From: Caedibacter taeniospiralis | Lineage (GTDB): Bacteria; Pseudomonadota; Gammaproteobacteria; Francisellales; Francisellaceae | Reading direction: 5' to 3' | Assembly: GCF_002803295.2 (NCBI RefSeq) | Contig: NZ_PGGB02000005.1 | Span: 30,059 to 62,058 of the forward strand | Length of the DNA stretch: 32,000 nt | Shown: piece by piece, positions 17,407 to 26,353 of the stretch | Position numbering within the stretch: the first letter of the stretch is position 1 | Layout: every line of letters starts with the position of its first letter | Notes under the pieces: model-generated | Told to the model about the DNA's origin: nothing | Database searches by the model: none | What the model saw: the letters and a program-made list of their open reading frames with translations, nothing else | Made by a program: the position numbers and the translations under genes

Positions 17407-18813
17407 TTAATACACGCCTATTGGTACGCTTTGCTCGAAAGTTAAATCGGCAAAGCGGCAGAATCTTCCTTCAAAATGTACTTTGATACTGCCAATAGGA
17501 CCGTTACGCTGTTTGCCAATGATAATTTCACCTAAGCCTTTATTGTCTTCTTTATCTTTGTGATAAACCTCATCACGATAGACAAACATGATCACATCGG
17601 CATCCTGCTCAATTGCGCCAGATTCACGCAGATCAGACATCATTGGACGCTTATCCGCGCGATCATCCACGCCACGATTAAGCTGTGATAATGCAATAAC
17701 AGGCACGTGCAACTCTTTAGCCAGCGATTTCAGCGCGCGCGAAATTTCAGAAACCTCCTGTGTGCGGTTATTTTCATAACCTGGGACTTTCATCAGTTGC
17801 AAATAGTCGACTACAATCATGCTTAAACCATTGTGCTCTTTGTACAGTTTACGCGCTCTTGAGCGCATCTCAGATGGCGAAAGCCCAGCACTGTCATCAA
17901 TGTGCATGTTAAAATCTTTGGCTAAAACTTCCATCGCTGTCGTTATTTTCGCCCAATGCTCATCTTCCAAACGACCCTTTCTAAGGGCATTTTGCTCAAC
18001 ACGTCCCAAGGATGAAATCATTCTAAGGACAATATCTTCAGCAGGCATCTCAAGACTAAACACCAAAACGGGCTTATCAGCACCTCTTGCCACATTCTCT
18101 GCCAGGTTCATCGCAAAAGTGGTTTTTCCCATTGAAGGGCGCCCCGCAACAATGACGAGATTGGCAGGATGAAGCCCTGAGGTTAATTCATCCAAATCAG
18201 CAAAACCGCTGGGTGTTCCTGTAATGCCATCACTGGACTCCATCATTGCATCAATGCGATCAATGACGCTTGGGATAATATCACGAACTGCTCTTGGACC
18301 ATCACCTCTTTGGGTGTCCGTTTCCGCGATCGCTAAAATCTTTTGTTCTGCAACATCTAAAATATCTTCCGCTTTTCTGCCTTCTGGAACGTAAACCATA
18401 TTGGCAATATCCGTCGCTGTATTTAAGAGTACCCTTAACTTTGAACGCTCTTTGACAATCTCAGCATAGGCTACGACATTCGCCGCCGTTGGCGTATTTT
18501 TGGCAATCTCTGCTAAATAATGCAATCCGCCTGCCTGCTCCAATAGCTTTTCATTAGATAATGAATCACTCAATGTAATAATATCAAAGGGAGATTCATC
18601 TTGGATAAGCTTCTGCATTTGCCTAAAAATGATGCGATGTTGAGAACTATAAAAATCTTCGGGTTTAAGAATTTCTTCGATTTTAAACCATGCTTCATTA
18701 TCCAATATAAGCCCACCAATAACTGACCGCTCAGCATCAATTGAAGAGGGTGGGCGTTTAATGCTTTCAAGCTGAGTATTTAAAGATATCACTTCATTTG
18801 GGTGCATAATCAC
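17407..18813 (-). CDS. dnaB: Replicative DNA helicase
   Basis: RPPSSIDAERSVIGGLI, GRPSMGKTTFAMNLAENVA, SLEMPAEDIVLRM, DYLQLM, LSQLNRGVDDRADKRPMMSDLRESGAIEQDADVI. Confidence 0.97.
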   Translation of the reverse strand: MIMHPNEVISLNTQLESIKRPPSSIDAERSVIGGLILDNEAWFKIEEILKPEDFYSSQHRIIFRQMQKLIQDESPFDIITLSDSLSNEKLLEQAGGLHYLAEIAKNTPTAANVVAYAEIVKERSKLRVLLNTATDIANMVYVPEGRKAEDILDVAEQKILAIAETDTQRGDGPRAVRDIIPSVIDRIDAMMESSDGITGTPSGFADLDELTSGLHPANLVIVAGRPSMGKTTFAMNLAENVARGADKPVLVFSLEMPAEDIVLRMISSLGRVEQNALRKGRLEDEHWAKITTAMEVLAKDFNMHIDDSAGLSPSEMRSRARKLYKEHNGLSMIVVDYLQLMKVPGYENNRTQEVSEISRALKSLAKELHVPVIALSQLNRGVDDRADKRPMMSDLRESGAIEQDADVIMFVYRDEVYHKDKEDNKGLGEIIIGKQRNGPIGSIKVHFEGRFCRFADLTFEQSVPIGVY

Positions 18814-18818
18814 GCCTG

Positions 18819-19868
18819 TTACTTATCTTGCTGCAGCAAAGTATCTACCTTTTTGTCTGTTTGCGCTGTGGCATTTTCCATCTCATCAACTTCTTCCCAT
18901 GGCGCCTTATCTTCTTTAGGATTAGATTTACCAGTGAGCTTTGTATTTTGCTCAGTTAGATCCAAACCTGCAGTGTCTTCCTTGGCAAAAACCTGCATAA
19001 GAAAATCAATAAACTCACGCAATGTCTCTGCCATGATAATGAAGTCAGCATCAAAGCGCTCTTGTTTGGTTTCGGAAACAATATCGTTGGCTTTGTCCTG
19101 CACCATTTCCAGGAACTTTACCGATTTAATCATAAACTCATCATTGATGATAAAACTCAGCTGATCCTGCCAGGATAATCCCAACTGGATCGTCTCACGA
19201 CCTGATTCTATTAATGACAAAATGTCATCGGTAAATAAATTCTGGCGCTGACAGCGAATAATTCCCGACGCATCTTTATCATCCTGCAAGATACATTGAT
19301 CCTCAATGGTAAGTGCTGCTGGATATTCATTGGTTTTAAGCCATTGCGTCAAGAGCATGGAAACAGGAAGCACCTCTGGAATGCGGATCTTCAAGCTCCC
19401 CAGGGCTTTGCGCAAATTCACGGTTAAAAGCTCGGCTTTCTTTGCTGAAGAAGCATTGACCACAAGCCAACCGTTTTGCGTATCGATATAAGCGTTTATC
19501 ACACTGTTACGAGTAAATGCGCGAGGTAAAAGCGTTTGATAAATTTCCTCTTTAAGCGTGTCTCTTTCTTTCTTTTTAACTGTGCGAGATTCCTGTAATT
19601 CAATCTCTGCCACTTTTTCATCCACAAGTTCTTTTATCACGCCAGCAGGCACTATTTTTTCCTGCACCTTAAATGCCATCAGCATAAAGCCACTAGCGGC
19701 ATGCACGATGGGCGCATTATTTCCCAAAGGAGATACCCAGCCCATAGATACAGGAGTGCTTGTTGAACAAGGAACAAAGGCGTGTTCATTTAAATATTTT
19801 TCCACTTCCTCAACCGTAAGGGTAAATTTTTCTGTCAATTGAAATAACGCTAAATTTTTAAACCACAT
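18819..19868 (-). CDS. rdgC: Recombination-associated protein RdgC
   Basis: MWFKNLALFQLTEKF..., FVPCSTSTPVSMGWVSPLG, LPRAFTRNSVINAYIDTQNGWLVVNASSAKKAELL. Confidence 0.93.
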   Translation of the reverse strand: MWFKNLALFQLTEKFTLTVEEVEKYLNEHAFVPCSTSTPVSMGWVSPLGNNAPIVHAASGFMLMAFKVQEKIVPAGVIKELVDEKVAEIELQESRTVKKKERDTLKEEIYQTLLPRAFTRNSVINAYIDTQNGWLVVNASSAKKAELLTVNLRKALGSLKIRIPEVLPVSMLLTQWLKTNEYPAALTIEDQCILQDDKDASGIIRCQRQNLFTDDILSLIESGRETIQLGLSWQDQLSFIINDEFMIKSVKFLEMVQDKANDIVSETKQERFDADFIIMAETLREFIDFLMQVFAKEDTAGLDLTEQNTKLTGKSNPKEDKAPWEEVDEMENATAQTDKKVDTLLQQDK

Positions 19869-19889
19869 TTTTTACCTTCTTAATTTTTA

Positions 19890-20088
19890 GAGGAGTTACG
19901 TACTTTTGCTGACCTTAAAGACTACCCCGTCTGCTTCGCAGCCACCCCTTCGCTAACGAAGGGGAATTAAGTAATAAACTTTCCGAAAATTCCCCTTCAC
20001 TTGTGAAGGGGTGCCTCGCGGTCTGACCACTCCAAAGTGGTCAGACCGCGAGGCGGGGTAGTGCAGCAAAAGTGTATCACTCCAGTTA
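19890..20088. repeat. MITE/REP-like element, copy 5 (short form), between bamD and rdgC
   Basis: Left end GAGGAGTTACGTACTTTTGCTGACCTTAAAGACTACCCCGTCTGC; right end (reverse complement) AAATAACTGGAGTGATACACTTTTGCTGCACTACCCCGCCTCGCGG; 18-bp perfect stem at 20014-20053. Confidence 0.88.
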
Positions 20089-20886
20089 TTTAAATACTAC
20101 CGTCGGACGCTTTGCTGCATCCTCTAAAGATTTTAAGTACACATTATTGGGATAATTTGTTTTTAACACTTCCATGGATTTCTCAGCCAACACGGGTAAC
20201 TTCAAAATGTCATACGAGCGAATCATAACAACCAGCGCGTTTTCAATCGAAGTGCTTTGCGGATAAGACTCAACTACGATCTTAGCGCGATTAATTGCTG
20301 CAACATAGGCTTCATGATCAAAATAGAATTGCGCAATATTACATTCATATTCGCCAACCACATTATTGATGTGAATCATTCTACGTCTTGCGTCCTCAAC
20401 AAATGCGCCTTTAGGTTCTATCAACACGGCGCGTTTTAAGTCACTAAATGCTTGTCTATATGCAGCAGGATCATGTTGTGCCATGTCATAAGGAAGTCTG
20501 CGCTGTAAAAAACCACGCCCATTGTCATAGTTCATTACCCCCATCATGTAGTAGACATACCCAAGATGTGTTGAAGTCGGATAAGCACGCAAAAACTGGC
20601 GCGCAAGCCCTAATGCCATCTCAGGCTGCCCATCTTCATAGTAAGTGTAAATAAGCTCCAAGTTACCCATTTCAGTATATTTTTGAAATGGATACTGAGA
20701 ATTTAATGATCTAAACGTGTCAATAGCTTTGTAGTAATCCCTGTTTTTGACCTGCTCGTGACCCTTGGCGTAAATATACTCTGGACTTTCACCTTGATAA
20801 GGCAATGGTTTATTCGTTGTCGTCGAACAACCTGAAAAGAGCAAAAGTGCCCCTAAGCCACTTATTGCCCATAATATTTTTTTCAT
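20086..20886 (-). CDS. bamD: Outer membrane assembly lipoprotein BamD
   Basis: Lipobox LLFSGCSTT, tetratricopeptide-type repeats (YIYAKGHEQVKNRDYYKAIDTFRSLNSQYPF), divergent to rluD as in many gammaproteobacteria. Confidence 0.93.
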   Translation of the reverse strand: MKKILWAISGLGALLLFSGCSTTTNKPLPYQGESPEYIYAKGHEQVKNRDYYKAIDTFRSLNSQYPFQKYTEMGNLELIYTYYEDGQPEMALGLARQFLRAYPTSTHLGYVYYMMGVMNYDNGRGFLQRRLPYDMAQHDPAAYRQAFSDLKRAVLIEPKGAFVEDARRRMIHINNVVGEYECNIAQFYFDHEAYVAAINRAKIVVESYPQSTSIENALVVMIRSYDILKLPVLAEKSMEVLKTNYPNNVYLKSLEDAAKRPTVVFK

Positions 20887-20913
20887 TGATTTCCCTTTAA
20901 TTTATTACCGCCT

Positions 20914-22074
20914 TTGTCATTTATTGTTTACAATGCTGCACAATTTAACAGGCGTCTTGATAGGACTCTATTTGTGCCACATCATACCGTATTTAAAAAT
21001 ATTCAGCAAAATGTTATTGCACCTGAAACGCTGGCAGGCAAAAGACTAGATCAGTGTTTATGTATCCTGTTTAGTGATTATTCTCGTTCACAACTGCAAA
21101 AATGGTTGAAGCAGGGCAGCATCCTTGTTAATCGGGAGGTTAAAAAGGCCAAAGACAGAATCATTGGCGGTGAACACATCATGCTGGACGCTGAACTTTA
21201 TGAGCATAGCGGCTGGCAGGCTGAGCATATTCCTCTTGAGGTGATATTTGAGGATGAGGACATTATTGTCATCAACAAGGCAGCAGGACTTATTGTTCAC
21301 CCAGGGGCAGGGAATTTCTCAGGTACCTTATCTAATGCCCTTTTAGCCCATGATCCCATCTTTGCAACTGTGCCTCGCGCAGGCATTGTCCACCGTTTAG
21401 ATAAAGATACCTCTGGATTAATGATGGCTGCTAAAAGTTTAAAAGCGCATACTTCATTGGTTGCTCAATTATCTAAGCGTCAAGTAAAACGTGAATATGA
21501 AGCCATTGTTACAGGCTATATTACCGTTGGCAGCACGATCAAGACCAAAATCGGACGAAGTCCTCATAATCGCTTAAAAATGGCAGTAACCCCTACAGGG
21601 AAAGAGGCAATCACTCACTTTGTTGTCATTGAGCGTTATCGCGACCATACGCGCATTCGCTGCAAACTGGAAACGGGGCGCACACATCAGATTCGTGTCC
21701 ATATGGCGCACGTTAAAGCCCCTTTAGTGGGGGATTCCATTTACAACCCCAGATTGAAACTCGCTCGCGGCTTGTCCGATGAAGCTCAAGAGGTGTTAAA
21801 AAACTTTCAACGCCAGGCATTGCACGCTTATAAACTTGGCTTTATTCACCCTGCCAGTGGTGAAAGGATCGAATTTAGTGCTAAGCCACCTGAAGATATG
21901 CAGCACCTGATTCAAGTCCTGCGTGAGGATGCTGAAGGCTTATATTCATACGATGATGATTTTGATGACGAATGCTTCGACTTTACAGGTGATTACGTCG
22001 ATGATGATTTTGACGATGAAGCGTATGACGAATACACCGATGATGATTCAGATGAGTCCACTTTTAATTCTTAG
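20914..22074 (+). CDS. rluD: 23S rRNA pseudouridine synthase RluD family, with acidic C-terminal tail
   Basis: GKRLDQCLCILFSDYSRSQLQKWLKQGSILVN (S4-like), GIVHRLDKDTSGLMM (catalytic motif), LETGRTHQIRVHMAHVKAPLVGD. True start may be a downstream GTG (20974). Confidence 0.93.
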   Translation: MSFIVYNAAQFNRRLDRTLFVPHHTVFKNIQQNVIAPETLAGKRLDQCLCILFSDYSRSQLQKWLKQGSILVNREVKKAKDRIIGGEHIMLDAELYEHSGWQAEHIPLEVIFEDEDIIVINKAAGLIVHPGAGNFSGTLSNALLAHDPIFATVPRAGIVHRLDKDTSGLMMAAKSLKAHTSLVAQLSKRQVKREYEAIVTGYITVGSTIKTKIGRSPHNRLKMAVTPTGKEAITHFVVIERYRDHTRIRCKLETGRTHQIRVHMAHVKAPLVGDSIYNPRLKLARGLSDEAQEVLKNFQRQALHAYKLGFIHPASGERIEFSAKPPEDMQHLIQVLREDAEGLYSYDDDFDDECFDFTGDYVDDDFDDEAYDEYTDDDSDESTFNS

Positions 22075-22107
22075 TTATTTTCAACTATCTTTAGCACTAA
22101 ATGGAGT

Positions 22108-23397
22108 TTGAGTAAGTTTGACAAGGCTATGAAAAATTGCATCTATAACCTGTGTATCATTTTACATAAAACAATTAAGGCATCTATAAGAATTATTTTA
22201 TTGCTAATGCTTTTCAGTCTATCCTTGATTTATGCAGCTGACTTGAATCCATCGAGCAAAATACTATGGGAAATGCAACAGCCATTGGCACAGTCAATGA
22301 GTAAATTTAACGATTATTGCGGCGAAAACAACACAAAAAATCAACAAATTTACTGCTATTGGTTTCAGCTGCTTCCAGCTAAACAGCTACTTCTTCAATA
22401 TGCCAGGGCACAAGAATATATAGCGCTTAAAACCAGTGGGGATTTAGTGGAATTTTCGTATATTGTACGACAAAACGAGCAAGTAATTATTACTATCAAT
22501 ATTTATTTGAGCTGGATAAATCACGCCAAGTTAATTGATTTAGCCGAAGCTCTCAACCAAAAAATGCCCCTGTTTTCTTTGATTCATCACGCGCTTGAGG
22601 AGAGTTTGATCGATGCAATTATCGATAGCGCCGAGGTCCACCTGGATGTTGTCACTGAACTTGATGGTAAAACACTATTACAAATGCTCCAGCTTCCCAT
22701 TTATACGCCACTTCAGACAAATGAGAAAATAAGCTATCAGACCCAAATTAAATTTACCGCTTACTTACAGGCAAATCAATTATTAAGGGCTGATCTTAAG
22801 ATGAATATTGCTAATCTGGCTAGTGTTGAAGGTGGTTTTATCAGTCATCTGACACCTCCTCTTTGGCTGTCTCCTATTCTAAATACCCTTTCAAGTGGAC
22901 TTTTTTTTGCTGCTAAAAATAGCATTCATCACACAAATGCTCTTTATTTCGACCAGGCTTTTATGCGCTTTAAGGATTTTGGGCTAATCGCTAACTTATT
23001 AGGGCAGTACATCTCAGCGAGTCCAATGTTTCGTTTTTTAGCCTTTGAAGAAATGAGTAAGTTTAGCCATGAGCTTGCACAGCAGCATAGGGATGCGGAG
23101 AAAAGAAAGTTATATCTGGCATTGGCTGAGTATTTGGCAGCACCTCAGTGTTTTGAAGCGGGTGTGGAAACTTCGAAAGATACCGCTCAAACCCAAGAAA
23201 TCTGGTTTGCCTTGTGGCAGTTATTTGCCTTACCAGGGCAATTAAATCAGCAGGAAAAGATGCTTGCAAAGACACATGCCAGCAAGACTCAAGCAGAAGT
23301 CAACGAGCTCACCCGTCTGCAAAAGAAATCCCTAAGTAAAGTGCAAGGTTTACTACAGAATAATTTCAAGATTCATTATCAAAGCAAAAAATGCTAA
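22108..23397 (+). CDS. Uncharacterised exported protein
   Basis: Long ORF with hydrophobic N-terminal segment ASIRIILLLMLFSLSLIYAADLN suggesting a signal peptide. ORF begins at TTG; ATG at 22129 also possible. No recognised family. Confidence 0.7.
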   Translation: MSKFDKAMKNCIYNLCIILHKTIKASIRIILLLMLFSLSLIYAADLNPSSKILWEMQQPLAQSMSKFNDYCGENNTKNQQIYCYWFQLLPAKQLLLQYARAQEYIALKTSGDLVEFSYIVRQNEQVIITINIYLSWINHAKLIDLAEALNQKMPLFSLIHHALEESLIDAIIDSAEVHLDVVTELDGKTLLQMLQLPIYTPLQTNEKISYQTQIKFTAYLQANQLLRADLKMNIANLASVEGGFISHLTPPLWLSPILNTLSSGLFFAAKNSIHHTNALYFDQAFMRFKDFGLIANLLGQYISASPMFRFLAFEEMSKFSHELAQQHRDAEKRKLYLALAEYLAAPQCFEAGVETSKDTAQTQEIWFALWQLFALPGQLNQQEKMLAKTHASKTQAEVNELTRLQKKSLSKVQGLLQNNFKIHYQSKKC

Positions 23398-23665
23398 AAA
23401 ATTAGTTTCTGAACATAAGTTTAGATTTTGACCTATACTCATGACACGAAGGAACGTGTATCAAATAACTGACCTGGTTTTCTCAGTTGAGATTATTTTA
23501 CGCATGACCCAAAGTTATTCTTTAAATAACGGTTATTTATGCGTGTTCCTTGGTATGAGAGTTAGGAGCGTAAAGCTATCTGTTGACCCCGTACATTATC
23601 GGAGTTACCAGGCTTTATGCAAAGAGTAGGATGATTAACCAACGCACAAATTAAGGAACATAGTA

Positions 23666-23848
23666 ATGAAAACAAGAAGATTTTTTTTAGTCATTTTAGC
23701 GGGTTTCAGTATTTTACTTAGCGCCTGTGGTGGAGGCGGCGGTGGCGGAACTTCAAGCACAACTGCCGCTGCAGCAGAGACAACTGAAGATTGTGCAGCT
23801 GGTTCAGTATGCGCGCCAAGCCAGGTTAGCATGGTGCCAAGTAAGTAG
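23666..23848 (+). CDS. Small predicted lipoprotein
   Basis: MKTRRFFLVILAGFSILLSACGGGGGGGTSSTT: lipobox LSAC then seven Gly; 60 aa. Confidence 0.65.
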   Translation: MKTRRFFLVILAGFSILLSACGGGGGGGTSSTTAAAAETTEDCAAGSVCAPSQVSMVPSK

Positions 23849-23875
23849 TTACCCAAAGATCAAGGAGACAGTCAA

Positions 23876-26095
23876 ATGAGATTAAAAACAATAGCTCAAG
23901 TAATCGGTAGTACACTACTGATTTCATCGGTTGGAATGGTAAATGCAGCTCCAGCTTCAGGTGATTATGTGAATGATAAAACAAGAACATTTACCAATAA
24001 TTTTGTGCAGCGCATTATCAAAGACATCAATGGGATTTTGTGTATTGGCAAACAAACGCTATATGATCAATTCACAGGACAACCCGCGTATCTTGCGCAA
24101 GTGGATATGAATGTCTGTGGTATGGGTGAAGGGGAAGATAGCACAACACCAATGCTCATGAATGTGGTGGTAGACTCAGCTAACACTAATAACATCCAAA
24201 CCGTTAAAATGTGGTTTGATGGCGTGCCAGCAGGAGAGAATGGTCAGAAAGCCTTTATTGAGGCTAAAATGGTGATTACTGCAACGCCTACAACTACCAA
24301 CCCTTACGGAGAATTTACGTTCAATTACATAGGTCATCCCGTGAATGATGGGGTAATTAATGCCAATCAAACCCTAATGAAAGGAACGATTTCAAGTAGC
24401 GTAGATCCTGCTACCAAAGTAGCATCGCTAAAATATTATGATCAGTTTGGTAACGATGGAACCAATGATGTGATCAAAATAAACTTTGTCGATACGGGAA
24501 ATGACACGGGTTATGGCAGGTTTGATATGAATGTTGGAGAAGGTCAGTTTAGTGATGCTATGTTAGGCACCGTCGCTTTTAATGCCACCTATTTGGAGAA
24601 TCTAGTCACTAATGCTCAGGGAGAAAATGAGCTTTGTTATGATAGAACCGATTATAACAGTCATGTGTATGGTTATGGACTATATAATGCGGATGGATCG
24701 CGCGTTGGCAGACGAGACTCAGGTTTCCCCGTTATCTATACCAAAAATGGTGAAGAATTCCACGGCTGGCTTGGCTTCCATGGCTTATGGTTAGGTGGGG
24801 TGAGCTTTGCTCATGGCGATGCCATCGAGAAAATTAACATCCAAACGGACACTCGCGAATCAGGCACACTCGTGGTTTCCAGTGGACGTTTGATGCAAAG
24901 AACAGTACAAAGAAAAACCTTGGCGAATTTAAATGGCATTGATTTGATGTTTTTCTATATTACCCCGCCACAAGAAGGGCAGGAAGTCAAAGACATCCTA
25001 CGTTGGAATAGCAACACCGAGACATTCTCTAAAGTCGCTGAAGAAAGCTGTTCGCCAGGGTCAGGTTGTCAAAGAACCAATGTTTCTCCTGCTGTCGAGC
25101 TGACAGCGGACCAAATCAGAAGCACCTATAGAGGCTGGCAAGGTCAAGGTAATGAGCCTGGCTTTGTCGATATTATTCTGCCTGGCATGTCAGGGGGTGG
25201 TTTTACGCAACTGCAAATTAAGGCAGATAATGGCGCTACCATAACACCAACCAATGAAAGCGGTTTAAATATCTGGACTGAGAGCATGGTAGCTCCAACC
25301 TCGACAGATGAAATACTAACATTGCGCTGTTACTTTGACTGTCCCATGTGGAATGGCTCAGCATGGGTCCGTATGAATCCTTCCCCAGCTGCTGCTGTAT
25401 ATAGAATCAATAAAAATATTAATACAGCAAACGGCTACACTTTACTTGCACCACAGTCGTTTGACTCCCAAACACCAAGCGTTGCTTATAAGGCAACTCA
25501 AGGTCAGAATTTAGGCATTCATGAGTTGTTTGATAGTGCCATTACCCAAGGGGATATACATCAGTTATTCGATGGCACGATTGCCACCAAATACTCATGG
25601 CGCTCAAGTGACAATCCCTGGGATAAATATATTAGCTTTAAAGATAGTGCTGGCGTCATTGCAACATTTTCTCCGCCATTACAACTGGTTTATAATGATG
25701 ACGGTGGTGAGCATTACATAGAATATCAAGGCTTCCGCCAACTGCACATTCCAGGGCAATGCTACACCAGAGCGACACACGAACCAACGCGTTGTGGAGA
25801 AGGACGTGATATTATCTGGGAACCTGATTTTACCATACCCAATGGCACGCAATTAACCTCTCTTGATAGCAGTGACACCAATGCGTATTTTGTCAAACAG
25901 CTGGATGTGTCACAAAACCTGATCCCACTCTCAGCAGGAGCTGAAAAAACGGCATGTATCAATGCCTTACAATCTACCATGGTATCGGCAAGTGCCTTAA
26001 GTCTGCCCAGTGTTTCAGATTGGAGTGTCCCAAATCTGGGTACAAAACCCAGTGCAGGGAATATTCCTAAAGTCATTGTGGGTGTGAAGCAATAG
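23876..26095 (+). CDS. Uncharacterised exported protein, 739 aa
   Basis: Signal peptide MRLKTIAQVIGSTLLISSVGMVNA; AAGGAGA upstream; long uninterrupted ORF with scattered Cys residues; no recognised domain. Confidence 0.85.
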   Translation: MRLKTIAQVIGSTLLISSVGMVNAAPASGDYVNDKTRTFTNNFVQRIIKDINGILCIGKQTLYDQFTGQPAYLAQVDMNVCGMGEGEDSTTPMLMNVVVDSANTNNIQTVKMWFDGVPAGENGQKAFIEAKMVITATPTTTNPYGEFTFNYIGHPVNDGVINANQTLMKGTISSSVDPATKVASLKYYDQFGNDGTNDVIKINFVDTGNDTGYGRFDMNVGEGQFSDAMLGTVAFNATYLENLVTNAQGENELCYDRTDYNSHVYGYGLYNADGSRVGRRDSGFPVIYTKNGEEFHGWLGFHGLWLGGVSFAHGDAIEKINIQTDTRESGTLVVSSGRLMQRTVQRKTLANLNGIDLMFFYITPPQEGQEVKDILRWNSNTETFSKVAEESCSPGSGCQRTNVSPAVELTADQIRSTYRGWQGQGNEPGFVDIILPGMSGGGFTQLQIKADNGATITPTNESGLNIWTESMVAPTSTDEILTLRCYFDCPMWNGSAWVRMNPSPAAAVYRINKNINTANGYTLLAPQSFDSQTPSVAYKATQGQNLGIHELFDSAITQGDIHQLFDGTIATKYSWRSSDNPWDKYISFKDSAGVIATFSPPLQLVYNDDGGEHYIEYQGFRQLHIPGQCYTRATHEPTRCGEGRDIIWEPDFTIPNGTQLTSLDSSDTNAYFVKQLDVSQNLIPLSAGAEKTACINALQSTMVSASALSLPSVSDWSVPNLGTKPSAGNIPKVIVGVKQ

Positions 26096-26353
26096 CTTAC
26101 AATGCTTTTATTATGTAAGGCATATGCCTGACACTGTTGAGTGTTTAAGCCAAGAGTCAGAATGATATATTTTAAGTTGAGTCGTCGTGATCAATCATCC
26201 CTGAAATCAGCATCAGAAGCTGATACCTTATTTCCCTTGGTTTTGTGTGATTTCTAAACTTTGCCAATGCCACTACTATCTGTCTGGTGTTGAATATTGT
26301 ATGATTGCGACATTTGTTGCAATCCTCCAGTCTAAGGCAAGTCTTTTAGTTTT

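Noticed and set aside
18802-19164. ORF 18802..19164 (+)
   Set aside because: Antisense to rdgC; Ser-rich translation typical of antisense frames.
22094-22122. CACTAAATGGAGTTTGAGTAAGTTTG after rluD as a possible diverged element end
   Set aside because: Only loose similarity to TAACTGGAGTTACGTACTTTTGCTG, lacks the ACTACCCCG part, and overlaps the start of the next ORF.
23441-23629. ORF 23441..23629 (+) before the small lipoprotein
   Set aside because: No motif, no clear ribosome-binding site, AT-rich intergenic region; possible but unsupported.
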